A DNA stretch of 64,000 nt from Octopus sinensis (taxonomy: Eukaryota), in the NCBI RefSeq assembly GCF_006345805.1, contig NC_043007.1, positions 28,768,001-28,832,000 of the forward strand. Reading direction: 5' to 3'. A program made the translations under genes and the position numbers. A model generated the notes under the pieces. The model was not told where the DNA came from, did no database searches, and saw nothing but the letters and a program-made list of their open reading frames with translations. Below, piece by piece: positions 47,136 to 60,260 of this stretch (positions are counted from its first letter, which is position 1; each line of letters opens with the position of its first letter).

Positions 47136-47230
47136 GTGGTATATATGTTTCGAGCTTTATAGAACAACTTATTCTTACATCAATGCATAATCGACATAAC
47201 AGATAGTTCAAAAGCCCTCTTCAGCCGCAT
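47136..47230 (-). ncRNA. Decayed type-I hammerhead ribozyme-like motif
   Basis: Minus strand reads GCGG-CTGAAGA-GGGCTTT…AAAGCTC-GAAAC-ATAT-ATA-CCAC. Both core boxes and stem II are intact. The cleavage triplet and stem I each need one G>A reversion. Confidence 0.5.
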
Positions 47231-48222
47231 GCAATTGCTACACCAAAGACTTGTAACACATTATGAAAGGTTTGAGAAAGAACATTTGGTATTGTTTATA
47301 ATGGTAGGTAAACTGAGTATCACTGGGAAAGTATGTTTGTAAATCTTCATAATCAAATAGGCGTACAGGCTATTTATTGGACTCCAAAAAATCGTCCATA
47401 CCGTTTTCTCACTCAATATAGAATGAATACTGGGTAGATTCCGGTTGGGTTTATTCTTCTTGTAAGGGAAGGAATTGGATGTTGAGAGAAAGAGAAAAAG
47501 AAGAAAAGAGGGGAAGGGGAGGAAACGTTAATGAAGTTGGGATCACAAAAAAAATATATATATCAATATAAATATAATTATAAAGGATAATAAAATATAA
47601 AATATAATAAAAAGTAAAGGTGTAAAATTATAAATATATAAATATATAAAGAACGTCAGGTATAGGGTCATAAATTCTAGAAATGTATTGTGAAAGTGTA
47701 AAAGGTACAAAAAATAAAGAGTAAAAAATAAAAAAAACAAAAATAAAGATAAAAAGATACAAAAGTATACAAAGCGGTGGTAAAGACAAAAGGATTAAGA
47801 TAGAGAGATGGTGGGTTAAAGTTCTGATGCTGTGGTGAGCATCGTAATTACTTTTAATTATCGGGGGGGGGGAGTGAAATGTGATATAGTTGAGGTGAGT
47901 GGTCAGTTTATAGCAGTCCCACGTTACATGCTTTAAGCCTATCTTGTACCTGTCACATCCTTCTTTAGATTTTTCCTGCATAACTTTCCTCTACTTTCTT
48001 GTATGTTGAGAAGTGAGTGATGACTAATCCCCATGAATTCCTAAATAACAATGAAACCAGCTAGTTCAATCCTTGTCCAAAGATGTTGAAGAGTCCCCCC
48101 ATGAGCCTCATTTCACCACAATATTAAATGCATAGAGTTAGGACTGTTTGCTATATATTTATAACATTCAACAAACTTTAACCTAGAAATACTGGGAAGA
48201 TTAAATTATTTTCATGTTAAAC

Positions 48223-48374
48223 CTTTTACTTCCAGACCAAGTTGTGTTTTTAAAGATTCTGGTTCATTCTTCAGTAATTTCTTCTTCAGAGATGCCTTCA
48301 CTGGCACCAATTCCCTCACAATTTGTCCGTCGCCTTCATTAGTTGCCAACCACCATTGACAAGGAAAAAATGTT
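48223..48374 (-). CDS. LOXHD1: LOXHD1-like exon
   Basis: TTTTTCAG acceptor (phase 2), GTTTAA donor (phase 1), 152 nt. Reads TFFPCQWWLATNEGDGQIVRELVPVKASLKKKLLKNEPESLKTQLGLEVK. Confidence 0.92.
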
Positions 48375-49194
48375 CTGAAAAAAAAAAAAAAGAAACCCCA
48401 GTAAACAATGCAACCCCAAAAAACTAGAAATTTTGGAAACTTTAATAAAAATCTGAGACAAGGATAACAGGAATAATATATACAGTAAAATTGTGTGTCA
48501 GTGTGCATGTGTATGTGTGTGTGAGTGTATATATGCACTTGTCTATTGTGTGGATGTCGAGGTGTGTATGCATATATGTACTTGAGTTTGTGTGTATGTA
48601 TGTACATATGCATGTGCATAAGTATGTTATTTCAGTATATCTGTGCATGCATGTATATGAATGTATATGTGTGTGTATGTATATGAATGTATATGTGTGT
48701 GTATGTATATGAATGTATATGTGTGTGTATGTATCTGTATACATTTTTTCCCTTAAATATATATAAAAAACAACCTCGTCTGTTGCTCACCTCAAACCCT
48801 TGCAAACTTAACCCAATCTCTGTCTCGATCCCTTCACTTTTATCCCCTTGTATGGTGAGGATATGTCCCAATAACTCATCGTCACCAGCTTCTACTCTCC
48901 TTTTCTAATTGCAGTGGTCAGGTACCTCCTCTACAGCAAGACACCTGTTCCGGTCCCTTTATCATACCCTAACACCCCTCATTAAAGTCACCTCCCACCA
49001 TCAAAGTGTCTTGCAACCTCACTAGTGCTGGCAAAGCACCCAACATATGTTGTAAAGTGGTTGTCATTAGGAAGGGCACCCAACACAGATGTCTTACTTG
49101 CTGGATCCTGTGAAACTGTCGAAACCATGTCAGCATGGATGCTAACAGATGATGTTGATCTACACACACACACCCAGTCACAAATGGTACTTAC

Positions 49195-49325
49195 TGTTGG
49201 TTGTCGTTGTCTCTAACTTCTACATAATCCAAGAACCAAGCCGCATTGCTGCCACTGTTGTCATGCCAGATTTTGATTTTCTTCAACTTTCCCAGATCAA
49301 TCGCATTTAATGTGAAGATGTCTTC
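49195..49325 (-). CDS. LOXHD1: LOXHD1-like exon
   Basis: TTGGCAG acceptor (phase 0), GTAAGT donor (phase 2), 131 nt. Reads EDIFTLNAIDLGKLKKIKIWHDNSGSNAAWFLDYVEVRDNDNQ. Confidence 0.95.
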
Positions 49326-49559
49326 CTGCCAACAATTTAATAATACTTCCATTTGTGATAACATTTAGAAATTACTTGTAGGAGCCACATGTGATTCTTT
49401 ACCCTGCTAGAAATAGCAACTAAATCTCCTCCAAATCACATACTACTGCTTTAGATAAGAAAAAGTAACATTGAATAATATAGTCCTAGATACACTATGT
49501 CTGAATAGCACAATGGACTCCAGGTATTCTTCCAGGATGTCAGAAAAGTTGTGCAGTAG

Positions 49560-50280
49560 CAGATTTTTCCCATTCAGATGTTTTGGTGCTTTTAAACCAT
49601 TACTGACAGCCTGGAAGAATGTCTAGAGTCCACCTTGCTGGAAAATTTGGATGTGAAGACAGTATGGAGCACACTTCATGACCATGTACAACAACACAGT
49701 CATGGAGTTCTTTGAGCCTTCTGTCAGGAAGCATAAAGACTGGTTTGATGAGAAATGCACCAAACAGTTGCTTGAAGAGAAAGCCGGCACCTACAAAGTC
49801 CACTTCAAGAGGCCAAAGTCTTCAGCAAAAAAAGTTGCACTGAGGAATCTTCACAACACCATCCAGCAGAAGTTGTGCCAGACATAGGAAGTATAGCTAA
49901 GCAACAGAGCTGATTAGATCAAGGCGACACCAGCAGGAATTAAATGATAACTTTTGATAACAGCCTGAAAGAAGTCTGTGGTCCCTCTATGTTAGAATCA
50001 TCTCTCTTTAAAGTAGATGGTTAACACTGATCCCTGACAAAGCTTCTTGAATGTCGGGCTGAATATTTTGACAGCAGACTGAAGCATCCTTTCACCACCA
50101 ATGATGAAGCCATTGAGTTCCAGTTGATAAAATGCTGGATACTATGTCGATTTTGGAGATATGTTACAGAGAAGCAACATATCTGCTAGCCAGTGGCAAA
50201 GTACCTGGCTCAGATTCCATTCCAGCTGAGATTTACAAAGGTGAATTATCTCTCACTGACAAACTCCACAAACAACAGCT
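49560..50280 (+). mobile_element. Fragment of the second RTE (BovB-like) family, APE-RT linker
   Basis: RKHKDWFDE…QLLEEK…TIQQKL and SGKVPGSDSIPAEIYK remnants. Confidence 0.75.
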
Positions 50281-50284
50281 TTGA

Positions 50285-50600
50285 CTTATTTACATTTTGA
50301 ACTTGAGAAAAAACTTGCATATTTTTAATGTTCTGCTTATAGATTGCATTTGTAATGCGTGTGTTTGATGGTCTGCCCCTAACTTTTCCAGGTTATCCCT
50401 TAAACATTTACTCTCAAAACCAAGTGGACTGATTATCATTGGTTTAAAATTGAATTTATGATCTGGGTCTATAGAAGGTTTCAAAGCAGTTGTAGTACTT
50501 ATGTTGTCTTAAACAACTTACAGGTGTCATAGCACTGCCTGCCTTGGTATCAATATTGGTGGTCTTACCAATGTTGGTCATGATGTACAAGCAAGATTCC
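50285..50600 (-). mobile_element. C-terminal fragment of an RLE-type (R2/NeSL/R4-like) non-LTR element
   Basis: FKPMIISPLG…LEKLG…LQMQSISRTLKICKFFLKF* resembles RLE C-termini. Confidence 0.45.
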
Positions 50601-50880
50601 ATGTGGTATAAAATATATTTGGTAATCCAGTTTGAAAAATGCTCAGTTGGTAACTAAAAGGTGTTTTTCTTATTTATGATAAAAGTAATAAACCGGCTGC
50701 TAACTTTGACTGGAAGAATTAGAATCATTGTAGAAGGAAATCTTGAAAACAGTGTTTTTAAATGATCTTCTACACCTGCACATCTGATGTTGAAAGTGTT
50801 GTGCATGTATGCATGGGTAGCTGCACTCATTATGTATCAAATCTCCTTTAAGCTCTGATATTCAAATTAGCTTCACTTAC

Positions 50881-51032
50881 CTGACTCCTCTCAAATTTAT
50901 TCATATTCTGTGATTTTGATAGGTTTCTCTCTGACGTGTCACCATGGTCTCCATAAATTGTGAGGAAGACGTTGGCATCAGTGCCAGCACCAAACACATC
51001 ACCTGTCACCACTTTCACAGTGTATTCCACTT
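50881..51032 (-). CDS. LOXHD1: LOXHD1-like exon
   Basis: TGTGCAG acceptor (phase 1), GTAAGT donor (phase 0), 152 nt. Reads [50 protein letters not shown]. Confidence 0.96.
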
Positions 51033-52139
51033 CTGCACATACAATATAAATATACAGAGACACTGTGAGTGAGACACATACACACACATATTATAGTAAA
51101 GCAACAAGTGTTTGTGGAATACACAGCCACATACACACTATAGTTCAATCAGTAATTTGTTAAGTGTGTGGGTGTTTGTGTGCATGAATAAATATATATA
51201 AACTTTATTTGTAGGTTAACAAGGCTACCAATGGTTTCATGTGAAGAGATATTCACAACTGTTCAAGCATGCCACATTTTAGATGGGAATACACAAGATT
51301 ACATGAGACTGAACAGGATTTTGAAATAAATAGACAAATCAAGGGAGGTAACATATCAGAATATCTTGGTAGTTAGAGCCCTTGCATAGTCCTCGATTTT
51401 CCCAAGAAATTGTGTTCACCATAGATTCATTAATTGCTTAATTATCTTATGCAAGAATGTTTACGCACATACACACACGAAGGTACATTACTGATTTTCT
51501 GGTAACAGATGATTCAGCACCTCTTTTAATCTGGATAAGTTATGAAGGGGAATTTCAAATTCCTGTGTCTACCAGATTAGTTCACTGTGGTATGAATTTA
51601 CTTGCATTAATTACTGTGCACTTGTTAGTGAGATCCTCTGCTTATCTAGCTTAAATTTCCCATTAGCTATGGCTACTAAAAGGCAAGAAAACTGAAAGCA
51701 TCAATGGTAGAGTCAAATGTAAACATCTAACCATATCGTTCCAAGACAAAATAGAACTGTTGGCCAAAACTGAACTGTGATGTTCTGATCCTTAAGCTGC
51801 GTGGTATCTATGACATTGGTTGATCTACCATTCATTGGTTAAGTTACCTTGCCAATGGCAAGTTGTCATAATGTAGAAAATCTAACCAAGTAGATGAATG
51901 CTGCTGAAGAAACATTGTGTGCCATTTTCCAGATTCTGAAATTCTGAACACTGTTTTGATTGCTGATAAAAGCACAGGAAGTGGTGAAGAGGAAGCAGAT
52001 GCCACTTGAAGATTTTCCATTGACAAGTTGAGATGGCAAAAGTGACGAAGTGAAAAGGTCGGAGGATTGTACCTGTGTTGTGCAATATTTTCGTTTGACA
52101 CTTGAAAAATTACACAGGGGAAAAAAAATCAAGTCACAT

Positions 52140-52560
52140 GACTTAGAACTAAAAGGACTCAGAGATACAAACAAAGGAGAATATGGAAACTGAAAGATCC
52201 ATTGAATAGCCAGAGATATAGACGAGACTTAGTTGAAGCACTTAACAAACAGGAGAAGGAGATAAAGGTGTATAACATAGAGGATAGCTGGAAGTTCTTA
52301 CAGAATAATCTGATGAGAGCCATAAACCAAATCTGTGGCTGGTACAAAGTTGCAACCAGCCCAAGGATGATTTGGTGAAGGAGCAATGAAGCACACAAGA
52401 GTCATAAAAGAGGCAGGAATGAAAAAACTGGAAAAATGGTGGGCAGCACAGAACTATATCAAGTATCTAGAAGAAAAGCAATGTGACAGGTGTATTTAGC
52501 CAGGGCAGAAGCAGAAAGGAAGAGAGAATCAGAGGCATGAGTTGTTCTGGGTTGCAAGAC
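52140..52560 (+). mobile_element. Decayed RTE linker fragment
   Basis: WKLKDP…RYRRDLVEA…SWKFLQNNLMRAINQICGWYK, homologous to 32870-33200. Confidence 0.7.
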
Positions 52561-52712
52561 AGTATACAAGAAAGAATCAAAGTTGCTGACTAATAGAGGT
52601 GTGGATGGATGATGGTGTGATTGCAGACAGTGATTCAAAAAAAGAGAAGAGAAAAAACAGACACAAAGAAAGTGAGGGATGTTGCAAACAGAGAGAATAT
52701 TGTGGAACAAAC

Positions 52713-52962
52713 CATCAAAATAATCTGTCAGTGGTTTCCCATTTAGATCTGTTGGCACCAGTTCTTTGGTGAGAGAGTTAGCATCTTTATCAAACCATTG
52801 GTCTACAATAAACCAGTGTTGTTCAACATTGCTGGAATTACCATGTTGTGTGTCAGAAGCTGTTACAAACTTGGGTTGTTTCTTACTGCCAGTTTTCTGT
52901 GGCTCAATGTTATCAGTTCCAGATTTCCATTTGGAATCAACTCTGTGTCGTCTTATCAGAAT
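52713..52962 (-). CDS. LOXHD1: LOXHD1-like exon (PLAT end with long loop insertion)
   Basis: TTAATAG acceptor (phase 0), GTTTGT donor (phase 1), 250 nt open. Reads ILIRRHRVDSKWKSGTDNIEPQKTGSKKQPKFVTASDTQHGNSSNVEQHWFIVDQWFDKDANSLTKELVPTDLNGKPLTDYFD. Confidence 0.85.
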
Positions 52963-53439
52963 CTATTAATGGCAAACGAAATGAAATAAGATTTTTCAAT
53001 TTCAAACGGGAAATATTAATTTATTTGTTGTTTTAATATAAAATCGATGTTTACAAAGTGAATGCGATCAGTTTAATTGATGTCTGCCAATATGTAACGA
53101 GCATCTTATTAACAGTAAGGATTACTGAATAAATGAGAGCCCCTCCTCATGTCACTTGATTTGTTAGAAATAACAGTTAAATCTCCCTAAAATAATACTT
53201 TACTGTTTTAAAAGACAAAAACAGGTTGCAAAATACAGCTTTAAGATTGTATTTCTAAACAAAAGATGTAATGGTCATGGCTGGAAAGATTTTTATTATA
53301 GAAATCAGTGATCCAGATTAAACAATGGGAACTGCATAGAAAAACACATTCTCATGTAATGCATTCCTACAAACACTATACCTGAACAGAAACACCTTTG
53401 ATCAGTTGGGTCAATGCCTACCTAGGGTTAAACAACAAA

Positions 53440-54812
53440 AAGTCAAGAAATTATAAATACCTGGAAACTAAGATCGCCCAAATGTGGGGCTTGAAAATGG
53501 AAGCAATCCCTGTTTTGGGAATGAGCATAAGATATACAGATAAATACATATCCACAATGCCAGGACTTAACAAATCTGCAGAGAAAATAGCACTGTTGGG
53601 TACTGCACACACACAAAAGGCAGATAACCAAGGCACACAGAGCATTGATTGGTTGGGTAGTGAAAGTATGCAATACAAATAACTGAAGGAGGAGGAGGAG
53701 TGGTGGTGGTGATATCAATAACAATAAGGAAAGGACTAACTATGTGAAGTGCAGAATCGACAACACTACTGGCAGCGATGAATGCATAATGTGTGGTGAG
53801 AGGGGTGAAATGGTATGGCACATCGTTAGTGAATGTCCAGAATTGGCACAACATGACAAACAAGCTGATGTAGACAAGAAGCACACCCAACAGTGGCTAT
53901 GGAGCTCAGGGCTAAAGGCAGAGAGGGAAAGCTTTATCTTGGCTGCTCAAGATCAGAGCTTACTGACCTGTAACTACCAGGCCAATGTGATTAAAAATGG
54001 AGTTGACCCAAAGTGCTGACATTGCAATGATGAGATTGAAACAGAGGAGCGTGTAAAGTTTTAGCCCCAGTAGAGTATAAATGAAGACAGGAGAGATTTG
54101 GTTAATATGTTGGCATTATAAAATGAAAACTGCTGACAAATGGTACAAGCACCACCCAGGGGCTGTAACTGGAGGAGAAAATGTAATGGTTCTTTGGGAC
54201 TTTCCAGTCTGTACAGAGCGGACCATCAAAGATGATAAACCAGATATTGCTATGAAAGACCAAAACGATAAAGTCTGTTTATTGATTGACCTGTGCATAC
54301 CTTGTGACCAAAATATCTCGGCAAAAGACTTTGATAAGCTCAGAAAATACAAAGATTTGGTAATCGAAATCGAAAAGATGTGGCATCTCAAGACAGTTAC
54401 AGTATCAGTGATTGTAGGAGCTCTTGGAGTCATCAAAAAAAGGAATTGAAAATTATTTGAGACTGGTTCCTGGATTACCATCCATGCAGGAAGTGCAAAA
54501 GGTTGTCTTAACTGCAACGTCACATGTACTGAGAAAAGCAGTACATGTCGCTGTGGCTTTTCTCTCCTCTTTTCCCCTTTATTTTCTTTGTTTTCTTTCC
54601 CCCCGTCTTTCCTTTTTCTCTCTGTCTTTCTTCCTCATTTTTTTCTTCTAACACACAACTTTGTGAACGAACAAACTGGTGTGTTTCTTTTAATGGCATC
54701 CCAATGTATACAGAGGGTTTCTCTGCTCTAGGTGTCAGCAAGACACTCGGCAAGAAATGGAAGCAAAATTGAAAGAAAATGATGATGATGATGATGATGA
54801 TGATAATAATAA
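53440..54812 (+). mobile_element. R4/Dong-like non-LTR retrotransposon 3' fragments (CCHC finger plus restriction-like endonuclease), ending in (GAT)n(AAT)n
   Basis: CIMCGERGEMVWHIVSEC; ESFILAAQDQSL; LWDFPV…KPDIAMKD…LIDLCIP…KLRKYKDL…VIVGALG…LRK. Confidence 0.85.
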
Positions 54813-54861
54813 TGTGCTGTTGTATAACAAGAAAAAGAACAAGTATACAAAGTTCACTGAC

Positions 54862-54948
54862 CTTATGTAGGAACCAGCCAGCAAACACACCTTTGCCATC
54901 GCAATGAACTAAAATCTTGTGTAAATTTCCGATATTGGGTATTTCTAT
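54862..54948 (-). CDS. LOXHD1: LOXHD1-like exon
   Basis: TTGTTGTAG acceptor, GTCAGT donor, 87 nt, phase 0-0. Reads IEIPNIGNLHKILVHCDGKGVFAGWFLHK. Confidence 0.9.
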
Positions 54949-55844
54949 CTACAACAAACAGAAACATAAAAGCATTGAAAAAATGGAAGTTTCCTTCAAT
55001 ATCCTAAGAAAAAATATTTTATATTTTTATGCGTTGACATCAGAACTGGGCACAGGTAAAATTGTATGGGTAAAAGAAGCGTGCTTTGCAACCACAAGGT
55101 ACCAAGTTCAAGTTTGTAGTATGTTGCATTGGGTGTCTTGTGGTGATTAACTTCTTGTGCATGGGATAAGGATGAAGGAAACTCTTGGAAGGGCCATTCC
55201 TGTTTTGGGGTATTGGGATTAATCTGATTCATGGTTTAACACCTGGTCCCTGGGTATGTTCAGTAGAATCTACTCTGTTTTCATCAAGTTGAACAGCCCC
55301 CATCTGTCTTTAGTCTGAAGATAACTTTGTCTTTTGGAAGTTATCCTCAGATTTCCATTAGTTATGGCAGAGTTGATGAGGGTCAGAGTTTGTACAATCT
55401 CTCCTCTGACTTTTTAAACAAACAGCTCACAGTTTATAGTGGGAGGTGGGTGGGGATGCCGTCACAACAGGGTCAAATTTGTAACTGAATCACCACAAAA
55501 CTGAAGGCAGTAGTCTTTAGAGTATTACCCTTTTTGAATCTTTGAGTGAGACACCTTTCACTGCTTCAGTTGGTGGTGAGGTCAGTTTTGACCTAACACC
55601 CTAGGGTGTCATTTGAGGGAGATCTGGATGTTATTTATGGCTACACTGATTGCTTAATACTTAGTTCCTCCCAGAGGTTACACGAAGCAAACTGGTGTCC
55701 TATCCAGGGACCTGTTTTTTTCTCTCACTTACTAATTATCCCAATGAGGTATGACGAGGAGCAAAATAGAATTTTGTCTTTTAAAGAATTGGTAGGAAAC
55801 GGGCAGCAGCTGCTGCTGTCACCCTTAATAGTTCTACTTCTTAC

Positions 55845-56005
55845 CTTAAATGTATCCACAGAGCCTTGCTCAAAGTTGTCACTTCTGTTATTTAGAGTAT
55901 ATTCTTCTGATTTGCCTTTGTCTCCATACAGTTTGATGTAAATATTGGCATTGGTGCCAGCATTTGGAACATTTCCTGTCCAGAGTGTCACTTCACACGG
56001 CTCGG
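55845..56005 (-). CDS. LOXHD1: LOXHD1-like exon
   Basis: TTTTACAG acceptor (phase 1), GTAAGA donor (phase 0), 161 nt. Reads EPCEVTLWTGNVPNAGTNANIYIKLYGDKGKSEEYTLNNRSDNFEQGSVDTFK. Confidence 0.95.
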
Positions 56006-57951
56006 CTGTAAAATGGACAGACGCGAAACTGGTTGAATTTAGGGATAGTGACACTTATCATAGCTGTCTGTCAATCTATCTATCTACATGTTTTTCTGTC
56101 TGTCTGTCTGTCTGTACATATTTCTAATTCTTAATCTGTCAATCTATCTATCTACATATCTATCTATAACAGATAGTCTACCAAACTTTGATAGTATGAC
56201 TAGTTTGAAATGATCAACTAGCTGAGATGCTCCAATAACTATCTTAGTTGAACCAATTAGTTAAGATGATAAAACTAATCAAGAGGGTCTAATTTTAATT
56301 GTACCTTCCACCATAACAATACTTATAAAAAAAAAACACTGCCACCACCACGACCACCATTGCAGAATTCTGGCAGGAGGGGACTGAGAACGAAGCCTTG
56401 GTAAACTCCTACCTGCACTCTCAATTCATTACTATACCCTTACGTAATTCTCACCTTACTGGCAGTACCCCTGTAGATAGCTTTGTTCACTCTCTCCAGC
56501 CATTTGTTTACCTACAGCTTCCATAGTAACCACCAGATGGTGGAATGAGAAACCCTGTCAAAGGCTTGTATCTATGTATGTGTGTGTATGTTTATGTGTA
56601 TATTTACATTATTGGTGCATTTTTGGACGAGACGGGTCATGACTCTATTGATTTTTTTCATATTGATATTGGATCGCCCCAAATAGTCGATTCGATTTTT
56701 TTCAAACGTTGTCCGATTTTGATCAAAATCAACTTATGCATTTTTATGTAAGGAGTTTCACAGCATCATTAGTTTTTTTCAAATTCCATTTTGTTTGAGC
56801 CCAGGATGAGAAGAACCGACTAAAAAAATGTCCTTTTGGATATAACACCTGAAGCTTTTATCATTAATGACTTTTTATACACACACACATATGTACACAT
56901 ACATACACACTCGAAGTTTTATGCAGTTTCCAATGACAAGAGTGATAAAGAAATTTTCATATAATTCAGTTGATGTAGAACCCAGAAGGAACCTTTTGCT
57001 CAAAGTATCTGTTTCTATAGCTTGTTTCACACAGCTTCTTTCAGCCAAATTTTACTGGAGGGGGTGTGTGTGTGTGTGTGAATGTAAGGGTCTGGTACAA
57101 GACCCACCAAGGAATTGTCCTGCACTTCAGATAGATCCAAAATATTATTATATATTGTTAGCCATCACTTCATCCTTCACAGGACTCTGCTCTCCAACTT
57201 CAACTGTTCAGTCTGTTCACGTGTGTGTGCGTGTGTGTGCGTGTGCTGTTGTACATGTGTAAAGTGGTTGGCATTAAGAAGGGCCTCCAGTGACAAAAAC
57301 CGGGATACATTGGAGCAGGATGCAGTCCTCTCGCTCATTAAATCCTCACAAACTGTCCACTTTGTGCCAGAAGCTGGACATTACATCATGATCATGTTAT
57401 ATCATTGCATATCATACTGTGTTATACAATACCATACAACACTATTCATTATTACTTTGAATGCAATATTATTTTATACCATTCAATTTAATTATTAAGC
57501 ACTATATACCACACTATAGACTATATTATCCTAAACACTAGTCCCTATACTATTCTTATACTATACAGCATTATATATGATACTACACTATGTTATACAA
57601 GACTATATAATATCCAATATTTTGTTATATTTCAAAAGTAATTCCCTCAGAACTTTGTGATGTTAAAACAAACAGCATCTCAGTAGAGAACATTATTATT
57701 ATTACTGTGAGGTTTGAGAGGCAACAGTCTCTGCTGATGTCAGCCTATCAAATCAGTTGTTTCCATTTTAAAGAATGTATGTCTTCAAAGCCTCATTATA
57801 GTCTGAACCTAATTAGATTAATTACATAAAGAATATTTATTGCTGGTTTATGGCCAGCAGTGTTGTCTGAAGGTTGACCTTCCCCCCAACATGTTGCCTT
57901 TTTTCAAAAGAAAGTTCACTGGGGTATGTTGTTAATAATTAGCAGTTTTAC

Positions 57952-58144
57952 CTTTATCTCTGTTCTCCAACACTGACGGCTCCAGAACCACTTCAGTCTG
58001 ACCATCTTCTTCATCCACAGCCAACCAGCGGAAGCAATCAAACATATAATGTTTCCCTTCTGATGGAACTTTAATGAAAACACTGTCTAAGAACCAACCA
58101 GCACTCAACTGACTGTTGTCGTGGCTGATTTTGATCTTTTTTAT
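57952..58144 (-). CDS. LOXHD1: LOXHD1-like exon
   Basis: CTTTTAAG acceptor (phase 0), GTAAAA donor (phase 1), 193 nt. Reads IKKIKISHDNSQLSAGWFLDSVFIKVPSEGKHYMFDCFRWLAVDEEDGQTEVVLEPSVLENRDK. Confidence 0.95.
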
Positions 58145-58702
58145 CTTAAAAGAGAAACAGAATGATACACACACACGCACACATGTGTATTTATGCATAC
58201 ATATACATGCATAAAAACATAAATATATATCTCACCCTTTCTATGAATATTATACATACACAGACACACACACAAACATGCGTGTGTGTGTATATGTGTA
58301 TGTATATATATATATATATACACAAATGTACATACATATGCAAATATATAGAAAAAAGCTAAAAAAACCCAAAATAATAATGCACTGCTGAATATTAAAC
58401 CACGTGCCTCATGGTTAGAAGACAAAGATACCTGGTTCAATTCCAGCTCTGATTTGGATGAGCCCCATGAGCTGGTTGCTTGTATATTTTTTTTTGTAAT
58501 CAATTATAAATCATTATTTAGAATGACTAATGACTGATTAGTAACTGGGTCATTAAGAAAGTCATTAACGACTTACAATTGGGTGTCGTTGTGCAACCCC
58601 ATGCTTCTGGATTTGATCTCGTTACTTCTGAGGTCACAGCCTTTGTTTCAGTAATCACTTAACAGTGAAATTTTCTAAAAACAAACTGTGAACAAGTCTG
58701 TC

Positions 58703-58809
<107 letters not shown>

Positions 58810-60066
58810 TGATGTAAATAAACAAATAGAACTGTTTGGGCTCTATATAGAATTTACATAGATGCAAACATGTAAATAGAAAGAAAGTAAAGACTAAACG
58901 TATTCTGTTGATGAAGATTCATGTATAAATCTAGAGAGATGTTTATATATTAACAGAAGAGACACAGAAAACTAAGGGGAGAAGGTTTGCTGTTACAGGC
59001 CCGACAGCTGTTTCTGGGGGTTCAGAATTACTTCATAATATCAGCAGATGTGGTTCACAAAAAGTCAAAGATATGCAACCAGTGGTGGATGCAGATCAAC
59101 ATTAAATTCTTCAGGGTGGAGAGAAACCTGTCTTTCCACCCTGAATACAGAGGCCGGATTTACCTGATCTTCCACTACTGGAACATCAGATAAATATTTA
59201 TGTGTATTTATGTATGCATGTGTGCATGCATGCATGCGTGTGTGTGTGTGTGTATGTATTATCATTCAATATCCGTGTTCCATACTGCCATGGAATGGAT
59301 AGTTTAAAAGGATCTGATGGGTCCAAGGACTACTTTGGCATGGTTTCTATGTTTCTATGACTGGATGCCCTTCCTAACCCCAACCACTTTACAGTGTGTA
59401 CTGGGTGGCTTTTCCTGTGGCACCAGCACTAGTGAGGTGGTCATGCAGGTTGTAAGCCTATGAAACCCAAAAGGTGGGACTTTATGCTAGCAGATGAGAG
59501 TTAAGGACTGAGATGAACAGAATGAGGCATCGCGGGTTCTTGTTGTTGTCTTCTCCTATTTAGAAGAGAGAAATGAGTCAGTGATGATGATGATGTGTGA
59601 CCAGGGGAGGAGGGGGAGGAGAAGTGAGTGGGGACAGGGGGAGATAGGGGAAATGGGGCGAGGGGAAGTAATGTCTGTAATGATTGGGGGGGGGTTAAAG
59701 GATGGATGCAGGTGTTGAGATTGTGAATGGTTATTGAATTGGAGAGGTAGAGAGATGGAAGAAGAGAGCAGCAAGAGGAGAATCATGAGAAGGACAAGAG
59801 ACAGACGACTTTCTTTTTAAACCAGAATCAGCGAAAATAAATTTGGTTTTCCTTGTTATACCCAGGTCAGTTTCAAGCAAATATAAGCACCACAGCCATA
59901 AAATCACAGGTTACCAAATTATTAAATGTTTTTTTTGTAATGGTTTGGTGTAATTTGAAGGGCATTTGGCTATTGTTTCTAGCAGGCTAAATAAGCACAT
60001 GTGAACAATATCTTGAAAATGGAGAAAGTCAGAAATACTTGCCAAAAGGATGAAAGAATTGCTTAC

Positions 60067-60260
60067 TTGACCAATGTTAGTAAGTTCTCTCTTGAAAATA
60101 TCAATTCTGTCTCGTTCAAATAGGTTCCTTAAGTTTTCAGAAGAAACTAATGGAATTTTGTCTGTGTTATTCTTTGAACCAAACATTTGAAGGAAAACAT
60201 TAGCATCAGTTCCTGCTCCTCTCACGTTCCCAGTTTTCACATGGATTTCATAATTGGTGG
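60067..60260 (-). CDS. LOXHD1: LOXHD1-like exon (most 5' exon found; gene continues beyond the window)
   Basis: CTCTGACAG acceptor (phase 1), GTAAGC donor (phase 0), 194 nt. Reads [64 protein letters not shown]. Confidence 0.95.

Noticed and set aside
58987-59265. Overlapping 66-68 aa ORFs
   Set aside because: No domain similarity, and exons 60067 and 58144 join directly in phase.
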